A DNA stretch of 64,000 nt from Eledone cirrhosa (lineage: Eukaryota), in NCBI GenBank assembly GCA_964016885.1, contig OZ024744.1, forward strand, positions 78,306,001 to 78,370,000. Reading direction: 5' to 3'. Below are positions 23,773-37,546 of this stretch, piece by piece. A program made the translations under genes and the position numbers. Each line of letters starts with the position of its first letter. The stretch's first letter is position 1. The notes below the pieces were generated by a model. The model ran no database searches and was not told the origin of the DNA. It saw only the letters and a list, made by a program, of their open reading frames with translations.

Positions 23773-26700
23773 TGTGTTCGTATATGTATATATCTGTGTG
23801 TGTGTGTATATATATATATACACATACATAATGCCGGTACTACTCAGTTTCGTAGGAATCTGTGGAGCTGTTAACTATTTAGACATGTTGTGTGATATTA
23901 ACCGAAAGAATATATTCGATTTAGTCTACGCTAATAATCTAGTGATGGATACATTTTTATTTAAGCTCGACTGTGTAATAATATATATATAAAATCATAC
24001 GATTTCTCGTTGAATGCTTATGATAAATATTATTTCTAGCTGTATACTAGAATAATAATGCTGTCATTGTTGACTCATGTTTATTCGATATTAGCTTATT
24101 TTAAATTTATTATACCTTGTAAATTGATTGCCCACATGTTTTATTTAACACCTCTTATTCCGATACATTAAAACTTCAGATTTCCTTTTCTTTTTTACTT
24201 GATTGTGAAAAAAAAAAATCAATGTTAAAAAGGGAAGGTAGTTCTTTAAATTGTTTTAATTTTTTATTTTACCATTTCAATTTATAGGAATTTGAAATAA
24301 TTCAAATATTCTTTTAAAGAATCATCATTAATCAAATATTTTTTTCTTAATTTGATGTAATTTTTAACACATTTATATGCATGTTTTGAGAAAACACTTC
24401 AACAATCCTTGTTAAATTTACAGTTAATACAAGCAAGTTGATTTATTAGTCATCTACTGGCTTCTCACTCATTGTATAAAGGTTAAGGTTAAACTGGGTT
24501 TTTTTTTTTGTTTCTCAAATGTATCGATAAGATCTTCATAACTGAATTGTTTGTAATTTATTAGTAAATCCTGCTGTAATCTCATTAAATTTAACTCGAG
24601 GTTGAAATTTTCTACTACCGAAGAGGCCGAAACTATATTTATTGCCAAATTGAATTTAATGTGCTATCCATAAACCTGTGGAAATCACCCTCCAGGCGTA
24701 GTGGTGGGTGGGACTTTTTATTTTTTTTAATACACTTAATTTCTGGAATTAAAATATAGTGAGTCGGTGTTGCTGCAATTATAAAAGAGAAACTAAAACT
24801 ACTACAAATATAGATATGAAGAATCTTAGTAATATAACCCCCTTACCAAATGAATATATAAATTATTCCTGAACTTGATACATTTCTTGGTTCCAATTAA
24901 ATTGTTTCCTTTTTATTTTAAAACGATTCATTTACTATGCAAATGTTTTAGCCTCTTATCGTTGCTACATTTACAGGTATTAACTGTTGTATGGAATGTG
25001 AGGGCTTAATGATATTTTTGTCAACAATTTTAACAGAATTCATAAGATCAGAGTTTTTTTTATTATTCAGTATGTATATATATACATACGTATATATAAC
25101 ATAATACATATCTAATCAAAGTTGGGTCGAATTAAAATTTGTTTGTACAATTTTTAAATATTTATTACATTTCAGTTGTATTTTGAGAAATATTAATATT
25201 TAAGTAACATTCAGTAATCACAACTATTTATAGCATTTCCGGGAAGAAAAAATTTGGTTAATTATGCTTTGTAGTGAAATTTTAGAATGTATGAATTAGC
25301 GAGTTGTTTTGAGCTAGGTGGTTGTCTTGTAAGGGTGACAGCAGGTACAGTGTTTTCTATTGAAAGATACTGTTACAGTTAAGGTTCTTGGATATGAAAT
25401 TGTAGTTTTAATTTTATTTAGTAGTTTTCGTTTTCAGTTTTAAATCAATGTTTTGGCAGGTGCTATAAAAACTGAAAATAATTCAGTGTGGCGTTTTGTA
25501 TTTTAAATATCTTCAGATGCTGTTTGTAAACTAAGTTGTTCAATGCTGAGCCTGGCAGCTCTGGGCAATATTATTAAAATATGCTAGTGTAGGCCTTTTG
25601 TCTGCCATTTGATGTTATAGTAAAGAAACACTTCCAACTTGCTGAAAACTCTATGCCCTGTGTCAGTAAAAACTGAAAGTGGCAATAAAAAGACTACACA
25701 ATTGATTGATAGTTGGTATAGATGATATTGAGTGTAAAGGAAATCAAATGTAAAATAATTTTAGAAATGAGATTTAAAAAAAAAAATATGCTCTTCTCAT
25801 TGACAACTATTGTAAATTTAAATTGGTTTTAAGCATCAAAAACTAGATACGGTTGTGGTTTTAAATACCACTGTGACACCATGGTTAATGTCTTTTGTTA
25901 GTTTCAGGTTAACCAATGTGCTCTAAGGAGAAATTAGTAGACAGAAACTGTCTACCAATATGTGGATGTCTGTTTTGATTTTTTTTTAAAAGTGCAAAGT
26001 AGTATAATTTTTATGTGGCATTGTGAGATATATGGTTATGATTGTTTTGGGAAAGCTAGTACAATTCTAATTAGAAATTACTTAAAATCCCTGGTTCCCT
26101 GAAACAAAAAAAAAAATCATCCATTTTTAAGAGTCCTTATTTAAATTAGAAATTGTCCAACATAAATTTATATAAGAACCATATGTTAATTTAACTATTT
26201 TAGTAATGAAATGATTTATAATTTTACTTAATGACAAAATTTTTAATTCAAATTTATTTCAATAGTGAAAGGGTTATATTTCATATTTCAAGGTTAAGGC
26301 CTTCTTTTTCAAAAGAAAAGAGCAGTTTGGTGTTGGCAACAAGCAGTGAACTGCATAGAAACTGGATTAGAGATTAATAAAATAAGTAAATACCAGGCTT
26401 GTAAAAATTAAGAATTGGTGTTAATTTGTTCAGCTAAATCCCTTGAAGGCAGTGTCCCCTCAGCATAGTGGAATTCCATTGATTGAAACTAGCCAAAATA
26501 TAAATAAATAAAAGAATGAGTTTTTCTTGGTAAAACATTTTCATCTTGACAAAGATTTGTATCATTCATAGAAGTTTTCCATCTGTTATTCAAAAATATT
26601 GTGTATGGTAAACCAGTTTCACTTCTTGGTTGCATAATCTTTCTATTTCTCATGCTCACTTTACACTTAATTCATTGCTCCTTACTTGGGGAAGTTAATT

Positions 26701-28889
26701 CTCGGCTTCAAGTGTGCTTTTCTATTAATTCATTTGATAACAATGTGCATTAGACAGCTTTCTTTCACATTTACCAAATTGCTGAAAGCTACCTACATTT
26801 GCCAGTGTTGTATGTATTAGAAAATTTCAGTAATTAAACCTATTAGTTCCATTCCAAACATCAGCTTAATATAACTGAACCTTTTTCTTTTGTTTCTTTT
26901 GTAAATTCCAAATTCATGATTATTTTGTAAATTAGTTGAAATACAGGCACTTTAGCCTTGTGAAAAGGTGAAGGTTATTGCAATTTGAATTGTAGACAGA
27001 CATAAAAGAAAAGCTTGGACAGTGCGAGGAAATCAAGATACAATACAGGACCTGGCAAAAAAATACTTGGCTTAAGTTTTGGAAGAGATAATAAAGGATG
27101 AGGTTGAATTGAAACATTGTATTGTAAAAGAAATGATTTCATATGTGCTGGTGGATTACTTGATAGAAATTGTGAATATAGCTTTGTTGATCATTTGTAC
27201 TGCTTTTTAAATATTAAATCCATATAGCTGCAAAATATATTTAGTTATTTTAAAATGCAGACATGGTTAAGTTTGGTTCACATTCATGTGGTTCCAGGTT
27301 TGATCCCACACGGCATCTTGACGTATCTTCTGGTGCCTTAGACAGACCTGGAACATCTGTGTGTATATGTACACACTAGTGTCACTTAAACATTTATGTC
27401 CAGCAGCTTATTGAGTGAAAATAGGTGTGTGTGTGTGTGAGGGGGGGGTTAATAATTAGTATTAGGAATGGCATCTCACTGTATAAACTGACCCCCAAAG
27501 TTTTGTCCATGCCATGCTTGCATAGAAAAGCAGATGTAAAATGGATTATGGTCAAGAGAAATTACCTCTTTAAGAAATCTATGCTTCCAATTTGCTATAT
27601 TGATATCATCAGTGTGATAGTGTTTATAGATTAATTGCACTCTAGTTTGCCTATTCCATATAAGGGTATTTACAAAAAGATATGGCATGTCAAAATGAAT
27701 ATATATGTATAAACCATTAACTTGAAATTAAAAGTTTTGGTCTATAAAGAATTTGTCTATGCTTTGATGGGTTTCTGTAAATACTTTAACTTTAATATCT
27801 TGTAATGATTTAACAGAAAATATCTAAAAGCAAGTTGTTGATTTCAACTGTTTATAGTATCTGTAGGAGTGGACAGATTATTATAAAAAAATTGCTGTAA
27901 ACTTAAATTTTAATGATTCATAGTGCTGTTTTGTATGTTTCAGCCTTGCTAATTTGGTTTCATCTGTTTCAAAGCTATTAATATGCACACACTACCTTTA
28001 CTTTTTATTTATGTAATGAATTAGTTACAGTTGGCATTGTAAACATTACTGTTTCATTGACATTGAGTAGATTGCTGCTACACCTGATTGTTTAATTTAT
28101 CTAAAAGACTTTATCATTATCCAAAATCCAGCTTAACGAGAAAGCAGCTAATTATATAACTAATTTCCTCCAAATTTTTTATTTTCAAAATTATAGCCAG
28201 TGTCTTTTATTAGAAATGTAGTGATGAATGGGTTGAATAGAAACATTTTTTAATTTTTGCTAAGAGTAGTTTCTTAATACTTCCATGTGTTTCAGGATTA
28301 AGATCACTATTAATAATACTTGTCATTTTCAATTTGCGGTCCCAACCCCTCATCTGTATGTCTAACTACTTGGTGAATATAACTCCAACTATTCATACAG
28401 ATCTATAATCCGACTAATTATAAAATTTTCTCATATAATTTGTAGCCTTGTTTTCTTCATTTGCTATCTTTCTATATCTTCTCTCTCTAATAAATAATCA
28501 TCATCATTGTCGTTTAACGTCCACTTTCCCTGCTAGACGAACTCTGTACTGAAGCAGTGCCACTGATCTCCAAAGCAAACCATGGATTTGTGTCTTATGT
28601 GCGGTCTCACATTCCATTGAGTGCTCAGGTGAGGTCATGTCTTTGATGCAACTGAGGATCCTCCCTACTCTTTGTTTGGCAAGATTTCTATAGCTAGATG
28701 CCCTTGCTATCACCAACCACTTTACTGCATGTACTGGGTGCATTTATGTAAATCATCAATTTTCATATTTTGAAAATAACTAAATAACACATGGAAATGC
28801 TTGCGAGGGTGCAGTGTTATATAATTGAAAACATTAAAGTAACTAAACTCGGTAACTAAAACTGTGGTTATGGTTGTGTAGTTACACAT

Positions 28890-29770
28890 AAATTAAAACA
28901 ATGATGAATGAAAAGTAGATTTTAATTGGAGTGAATAAATAATCCAGTGAAAGTCTAATGTACAATTTATAACAAAGCTGAGTGTTAGACTATGAAGTAT
29001 GTCGAATTCAAGACTAGGCAGTTTAACTGAACAATGGTAGTGGTGTTCTCGTTAGGATTTTGGCTGTGGCAATGGCAACTAAATATGTATTTTTGTCTAA
29101 CATTAGAAACTAAATTAGTAGTGTTATAAAGACTCAACAGTGAGCTGTAGATATTGCAAAGAGTTTGGTTTGTAGTCCTGCCAAAAGATCTGTGCTACAA
29201 AATTGAATTTAGAACCAATATAATGAAATTACTTTTTAAACATATGGATGGCATGCATTGGTGTAACACTCAATGTTCACTATTTGCCATACAATTGAAA
29301 GATTTGTTTATTTGATAACCTAATTAAAAAACAAGTTTCTAGAGCTGAAAGTGAAAATTTCATGCCAAGTTGTGGTTGGTTTGGGCATTTCAAGAATTGA
29401 TCAAAATTACATACATAGCATTTAGATAATGAATCTGCAAATGCTGACCAAGAAGTTGCAGCTACTTTTCAGCTTTGCTATAAAGTATTTTGATACACGA
29501 TACATACTATAGCAAATTTTTAATGTAGATGATACAGGCCTGTTTTGGAAATAAGTACTAAACTGTTTATATATAAAAAGCTGCATCAGTGTTCAAACTG
29601 GGGAACTCTTCATTTGGTAGTGATGCTTCAGAATGTACATTGCTGAAACACCAATATCTATGAAAGACTATTCTAAATTTCATCTTGTCATATTGTGATC
29701 AAATAAAAAATGGTGAATCATCAGAGCCGTATTCCAAGATAGGTTTATTCCGATTCTGTCCAGCTATCAA
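28890..29770 (+). pseudogene. Decayed Tigger/pogo transposase
   Basis: SCGWFGHFK...NESANADQEVAATF...QIFNVDDTGLFWK matches the TIGD-type pattern ASxGWFxxFK...GExASAD...QxFNxDETGLFWK. Many stops. Confidence 0.75.
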
Positions 29771-31884
29771 AGACATGACAAGTTCCTAGTGCTGAAGCCA
29801 TGATAAAATGCAATTAGTAGTGCATTAATGTGAAAGTTTGATGCAGGTCCCTGGCTCATCTGAGCACTCAAATTTAGTGAGGTATTGTATAAAATGTTGG
29901 TCTACTGTGTGATGATCCGTGCAACCCTTGCTAGCAAGGAAAATTAACTTCAAAATCATGTGTGTATATATGTACATACATACATATATATATATGTATG
30001 TGTGTACAGCTCACACTTGTAAAGACTTCCTATGGGGTGTTTTAATGATTGAGTCCCATGTTTGTGTTTATACACAAACATATGGAGACAACATAGGTTA
30101 GTGAGTACTCATGAGTTTTGCAAATTCACTAGTGCTAGTGTACCCAACATACTCTAGAGTTGTAGAACCGATGCTAAAAATGGAACTTGAGTGAGTCAAG
30201 GTTTTCTAACCCATGGCAGCATGGAAAGCAAATGTAAAATGATACACACATACACACACATGTTTATATATAATTTAAATTTATGGGAATGTAAATTTGT
30301 TTCATTTCCCATGATGATATACAAAAATAGTCAAAACCAGGTACAAATCCTGATGACAGCTTATGTGCAAATACAAGCACATCATTTTCTGTTGTCGGCG
30401 TTGCTGAACCTGTTAGGATGTGATTTGGCTAATATTTCTAACTTAACCCATTAGCATTTAAACCAGCCAGAACTCTCACATTCTTCTGTTCAAACTGGCC
30501 ATTACTGGCTGCTCATAATTATGTTACGCTATTGTTCTCAAAGTAAATATCAAAATCTCGTAGATTTGATATTGTGAAATAAAGGGTTTACTGTGAAAAT
30601 ACAATAGTAAATGTAGAGTAAAATACTAAAGGGTTATGGTGGCACTGAATGGTGTAATCCCTAATATACATTTAAAGGCAGGATGGTCATGGTATGGCAT
30701 GACGAATCACACTCCAGCCATGCATGTTTTGACATGTCTGCATCGCAGATGACTTCACTTCATAGGCAGCAGCGTGCATGACCAAACTAGTGTAGACACT
30801 GCTGTTAACTCAAACTCATTAGCATTTACATTACTCTATTTACTATTGTATTTTCACAGTAAAGGCTTTACCTCACATAATATTGAATCTGAGATTTCGA
30901 GAGCAACCCCTTAACATCAGTATGAGTGGCTGGCTTGAACAGAAAGAGGTGAGAGAATTCTGGCCGGTTTAAATGCTAAAGGGTTAAATATAAATAGTTG
31001 TTGGAGGGAGTTGATATAGCAGCGACAGGATTTTATTTTCAGTATTTGGTGAAAACTATAAGGTTTAAAATAAAAAAAACTTCCAGTGTGCATAAATCAA
31101 TCGTTCTCATTGGCCACATTTTACAACCATATAGAAGGATTGTATAACAAGCACTTGATAGGTACAGATTTACATGGCCACATGGATCTCCGACCTAGGT
31201 CAGAGCTGGCTTTGGAAACACGGAATGTGCGTGCAGGGCTGCTGTGGACGTCTCATCCTGACTTTGGCCTGTTAGGGCCAACAAGATAAATGCACTGGAC
31301 TTCATCCAGAATCTTGCCATCTTCTAATTAGATGGTGCAAGTTGACCAGTATACAACAGATGCCTGATTTGATTCCTGCAAGTGGCTTTTTTCCATCCCT
31401 CCTCTTTAGGGGCAATTTACTTGATTTATTTGACTATTTCTGTGGTTCATGTGTTGTGGCAGCTCTTCAAAAGGCAAACAGCTTTTCAAACTTGCACAAT
31501 AGCTTTGTTAATAATTAGCATTGTTTAAATTTCTACCCAACATTTAGGCTCCTAATTAAACAGTGAAAGGTGGTCAGGTTACTTTGTCATTGTAAACTGG
31601 TATACAACAGATGTATGGTTCAATTCCTGCAGGTGACTCTGTCTGTTTTTTTTAAGCTCCAGAATTAATTTATCAGACTTACACAGCTATTTTAGTGTTC
31701 ATGTGCACTGAAAGCATTTCAAATATCACTGTTTAACATCCATTTTTATTCTGGCTTGCATCATACACTCTGCCTTTCATTTTGAACAAAAACATTTTTG
31801 TAGCTAGCAGCGATAGCAGTAGCTTTCTGAAATTCTTCCATCCTGTTCTCGCTCAGGTTACTGTACTTTCAGAATATCCACCCC

Positions 31885-33725
31885 CTATATCATCATCATC
31901 ATCATCATCGTTTAATGTCCAATAGCATGGGTTGGACGGTTTTCTTCCACTTGAGGTGAGATTGGTCAGGCGACCGTGTCTCGCTCGTACAGAGCTGTCC
32001 TGGCAGGTTTTCTACGGCTGGATGCCCTTCCTGACACCAACACAACCACTTTACCTGACTAGGTTTAAGTTTGTATGCAAGGGAAGGCGGGTCTTCTGTA
32101 CAACTGCATAGTGCCAAAGATCTCAATCCAGTCTTAGAGAGGTGTAAGTGAGCAAGGTCAGTTTCTATCACCTCGTCCCAGGTTTTTCTAGGTCTACCCA
32201 CACCGTAGCTCCCATAAATTTTGATTGTTCTGCACTTTTTTTTCACAGCTGTTGTCCTTCATACGCATCACATGTCCATATCAACACCATCTCCTCTCCA
32301 GAACACATTTGGTACCTCTTATGCTTAGTCTCTCTCTCAATTTGTTTATGCTTTGCTGTTTGCATACATTGTTACATATCCATCGGAGCATGCCAGCTTC
32401 ATTTTTTTCTAATCTACACAACGCCTAGGTCTCACTACCATGTAATATTGCCATTCGTATACAAGCATCATACAATCTGCCTTTCACTTTTAGAGAAAAA
32501 CCCCTAGTGGCCAACATCGGTATTAACTCTCTGAACTTTTTTCATCCCTTTCTTACTCTGGCTACTGTACTTTCAGAGCACCCTCCTCCACTGCTGATTT
32601 TGTCACCCAGGTAAAGGAAAGTGTCTACTATTTCTATAGAACCATCTGGGCAGTTGGAGATAGCATCCAGTGGGTCCTTGCTACTTATTGCATCTAAGCA
32701 TCGACCACATAAAATCTACATTCTTCGATAGCTTACCTGTGATCCCACTACATCTTTTATGTACCCATAGTTTACATTTGGGACATACTACTCCCTTCTT
32801 ACACACTGAGCATGACCATTTCCCAGAGGGCACCTGTCCCCTATTCTCCTTTCTACTTACTAGAACTTTAGTCTTAGACAAGGTCTTTTGAGTCTAGTCA
32901 ATGCTTCCATGTTTCAGCCATAGATTCAGCTATGAGAGTTAGATCATCTGCCTCATGGGCAGCCAGTCTTAAACCCTTCTGGTATAGCCTGTAGAACAGG
33001 AGGCGGCTGAGGACGGAGCCTTAGTGAAGACCTACTATTACACTAAATTCTTATATTCATTGTTAATTCTAACCTTGCTATACATGGCTTGTATAGCTCT
33101 CACAAGCCATTCATCTACTCCTAGTTTTCTAAGAGCCCACCAGATCAAGGCATGTGGGACTCTGTGTCAAAGGCTTTCTCCAAGTCAACAAAACCTAAGT
33201 AGAGGGGTTTACTTTTAGCTAGGTATTTCTTCTGTAGTTGCTGTACAAGGAAAAACGCATCTGTGGTGCTTTTACCTGGCATACACCCAAATTGCATTTC
33301 ATCTAGGTCAATTCGGTCTCTAATCAGTTGAGTAATAACTCTTTCTATGACCTTATGCCCCTATAGATTCCTCTATCTAGGGCATTTCCTTTGCCCTTGT
33401 AACAGTTGATGATGCTGTTATGCAAGTCATTTGGTATGACCCCATTCTGTATTACTTGATTTACTATCTGGGTGACCATAGTATGTCCCACCATTCCAGA
33501 TGCTTTCAACATTTCAGCAACTATCCCCAAAGGTCCAGCTGCTTTGCCTGTCTTCATATCTCTGATTGCCTTACTTACTATACTACCATTAACCTGCACA
33601 GTTGGTCCCTCTGTTGGATCAATTTTGAGCAGACTATCTTTATTCCATTCATTCTCTTCATTAAGTAGTCAGTATCAGTGAGGGCAAGTATACCATCATC
33701 ATTACGTACACAAATCTCCCTGACA
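31885..33725 (-). mobile_element. Decayed RTE LINE of the same PHD-containing family
   Basis: MKTGKAAGPLGIVAEML, YKGKGNALDRGIYRGI, CPKCKLWVHKRC, GRPRKTW and a (GAT)n tail. Confidence 0.9.
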
Positions 33726-33840
33726 ATATCACTATATATATATGTGTGTGTGTGTGTAAAAGGTAAACAGAAATAACACAATCGGTACAGTATATGGAAG
33801 GAATATATTAGGTTAACGCTTGAAATAACAGAAAGAGGGG

Positions 33841-33877
33841 TCTTAACATTTCAGACGCTAGTCCTTCATCAGAAGAA
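33841..33877 (-). ncRNA. Minimal (Penelope-type) hammerhead ribozyme, decayed, inside a pseudo-LTR-like fragment at about 33740-33975
   Basis: The minus strand reads TTCTT-CTGATGA-AGGAC-TAGC-GTCT-GAAA-TG-TTA-AGA. Confidence 0.65.
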
Positions 33878-34619
33878 AGAATGAGAAATAAGATAGATTG
33901 AAGGGACAGGCGGGGTGGAATTGGAAAATATGTCTTTAGATAAAAATAACAGGTCCATTCATGTTCACATCTCTTATACATATATATATATATATACATG
34001 CATTTTACAGATAGATATATATAGATATAAGCATGTTTGTATTCAGTGAACTTTTTAATAATGTCTATGGTAACAAATGCTTTTGTTAATTCAGTAACGA
34101 TGAAGGATTTCCATATAAAAACTAACATTCCGACCAGAATTCCCTAACCTTTCTGTTCAAACCAACTGTAACCAGCCACTCATACTTATGTATGAAAATA
34201 AATAATAAAATCTCAGATTTGATGTTATGTGAGGTAAAGCATGAAAATATGATTGTAAATGCTAAATTTTCATATATTTATCCTTGCAATATATTTTGTG
34301 CAATTATTACAGTTTTTTAATCATGTGTATGTATTATTATTGATAATTTGTCTTCATTTTGGAAGGGGTTAGGCTTTGGCTGTAGACTTGTGATATTGAT
34401 TGAAGTTCTGGAACAAAATATGTTACCAAATGGTTGGCAGTGTGTGTGGCATCTGCTCTTTAACAAACTACTGCTCTACTACATATGTGTGTGTGGGTTC
34501 AAATTCTTGCTTGGATTTTCAGCAAAATTCAATTCATGGTGCTTTCCATTAAAACACCCAAGGAATCTTTGTGATGCAACCTCATAGGAGGCCAGCTGAA
34601 CCTACATAGGTATTATGGA

Positions 34620-34985
34620 ATGTGATGTAAAATGGGGTGTCAGCTTATATTTGAGGTCAATATTTTGCTGATTTTCACCAACTTCAAATTCTACGTAAAT
34701 AAGATGCTAAAATATCTGGAATGATTATAATTATTTTACAATGTCAGTTTTTCTACATTTACATAGTCATTGGTGTTATTTATGCACTCCCATAAAAAGA
34801 TTTCTAACACATTTTTGATATATAAATATCTCGTACACAGAAATGTTTTTCTTTGACTTAATAACACATCTAAACATGTTGTTTAGCTGCTTCAGCTTAC
34901 AAATGGGGTTTGTATTTTTGCCCTTTTCTCTTATATTTGGGAACACTTATATTTGGATCAGCTTATATTCGAGTATACGTGGTAT
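34620..34985. mobile_element. Tc1/mariner (Tc2/pogo-like) non-autonomous relic, with a second copy at about 45680-46130
   Basis: Shared GGGGT..ACTTATAT..GAGGTCAATATTTT.CTGATTTTCACCAACTTCAAATTCTACGTAAAT and terminal CTTA.ATT.GAGTATA...GTA. Confidence 0.55.
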
Positions 34986-35019
34986 ATACAATTCTTTAAA
35001 ATGATGATAGTATTTGTCT

Positions 35020-36110
35020 TAATGTTTGTATACTCCTTTCTCTGAGGTACTCCATTCTTCCACCAAACCATTATCATTTCTATTCTTTCCAATGATACCA
35101 CATTTATCATTAGGTCTCACCCCCATAAATCATACCTCCATATATTCCTTCAACCTATACAACTCCCTCAGTCTATCCATACTCTGTTATTCACACCAGG
35201 CCAACTTTCCTTTACACTTTACATCCATCACATCTACAAATAGTGGTAGGTTTAATACTAATCCGATGCTCTCCAAATTTCACTTTGAACTTCTCACTGT
35301 TCCTGTCCTTTGTTTTTACAACAGTACATGTCATAGATACTCCAACCAGCCTTATCTCTGATTTCTTCCACTCCTTAATTCCATCAAACTTGTCCCACTT
35401 CACCTTTCAAGCAGTTTATGCCTGTCTTATCTCATCTCTCTCACTAACTGCCTTGTAATCCTGCATGCCTCAAGTCTCGAACAAATAGGTGTTGTGTAAA
35501 CAAATTTCTCTTGTATTAGACAACACAGGAAGAACCTTTCTATGTACCAGATAGTTGACAGTTGACAACCCACATGGTGTGTATGTATGTAACAAATTTG
35601 CTGAGATATCAATCTGTAACACCCAATTCCAGAAAGAAGATAACAAACTTCAAAATCCTTTCACCCTCTTAATTCATACCCTACATGTAGCCTATGCGTT
35701 TTCTTATCTCTACTGCACAGCAAGACTTGTTTTTCTCTTCAACACCTTGACCTGCATGTGGAGTATATCCTGAAATAATATACATCAAGAACTTTCTAAT
35801 CACCAGTTTCAACACCTAGTGTCTACAAACTCTACAGAAATCAAGACACCTTTTGGACGCCTTTGCCACACAATTTATTCTCTTGTCTCAATATTTCTCT
35901 CACCATCCTTAGAATATATGTTCATTTTTCTATCTAGTGTTTCCACCACTGTGGTTTCCTTGTCAATGTGTCTCTATACTCCATGTCCAAAACATTAGGC
36001 ATCATAAATGGACTGTGCTCCTCCTTTCTTTCAAAAACAAGTTCCCAACCTTGAGTTTTGATGAAAGGGTGGTGAACCTCACGAGATACTTTAGACTATA
36101 CTCAGCCCAT
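35020..36110 (-). mobile_element. Heavily decayed RTE LINE fragments
   Basis: Remnants of RT segments (VDL.KA, V...SEKFKV...HR) and endonuclease segments. Confidence 0.5.
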
Positions 36111-37546
36111 ATGTCATAGCATGACGTCCTGTTTTAGGTATTGTTTTCTGGTCGGATATCCTTCCTGACAACAATTGCTTTAGTCACCTCTTATGACATA
36201 CAATACACCTATTCTAAACCAGTTACTAAGTTTGACAAAGAAAAAAAAGAGTGGTCAATAAAATAACTACTAGAGACTAGAAAGAATAAGTACTGGGGTA
36301 TGATTGAGTATAGCCCTTCAAGGTAGAGCCCGAACATAGCCACAGCCTAATTAGTGTAACTAGTAAAGAAATAAAAGAATATGTATTCTCATAAGAGGCA
36401 GTTAATTTTAGAACCATATGTGTCAGAGAGACAGAGATATGTAAACATAAATATGTGAGCTGTTAATTTCATTGCATTTATGTTATCACTGTTTAACGTC
36501 TATTTTACCATTCTGGCACGAGTTAGACAAGTTGCCCTGCTCATGCAGAACTGATTTTGGCTTGGTTTCTATGATCGGATGCTCTTCCTAGCACCAACAG
36601 CATTTAAAGTGGGTGCTTTTTTACAGGGTGGGCTGGGTACTTGGGGAGGTAGATCTAGGGACATGTGTGAGGGGCAGTGTGTTAAGACATGGGAAAGAAG
36701 GTGGTGCATTCTAGATGTATGCTTCAACCATATATATAGTCGCGTGTGTGTATTTATATAAATTGTAAATTTGATTGTAGATTTATTATTATATGAATCA
36801 AATTTACTGTTGTGACTCCGGTAATCATACACATCTGTCCAGCATATAAGAACAGGCATCGAATAATGATTTCAATTTATTGATACTCTAGTTTTGCCAA
36901 TAGTAGCTAGACATCCAAAACGATAAGCAACTTTTGCTGAAATATGCATGATATGTATGGAGGCACATGGCTTAGTGGTTAGAGTGTTGGCCTTGCAATC
37001 AAAAGGTTGTGAGTTCAATTCTCAGACCGGGTGATGTGTTGATTCCTTGAGCAAGGCACTTTATTTCACATTACTCCAGTTTATTCAGCTGTAGAAATGA
37101 GATGATAGGACTGGGGTCCGTATCATTCCACGGAAAAAAGCACCCAGCACTCACTGTAAAATGAGGTTGGTGTTAGGAAGGGCATCCAGTTGTAGAAATC
37201 AAGCCAGAATCAGTTCCCGTCCCACCCTTGCAAGCAGAGAAAAGCAGACGTAAAATGATGATGATGATGATGTATATGTGCGATGGCATGTGGATTAGTG
37301 GTTAGAGCAATAGGATTCGCAATCATGAGGTCTTTGAGAGCAAGACACTTTATTTCATGTTGCTCCAGTTCAGAATAAAATGAGATGCAATGTCACTGGT
37401 ACCGAGCTGTATCAGCCTTTGCTTTTCACTTGTACATCGGTGGCATGGAGAGGGGAGATTGGTATTTATGGGTGACTTTGTGGCCGAAGGAGGTCTTCAG
37501 CCACTTATATTGATGTATGTGTGCCACTGATGGCCTTGCACCTCTT

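Noticed and set aside
31086-31289. Short GC-richer ORF
   Set aside because: No recognisable motif or convincing splice signals.
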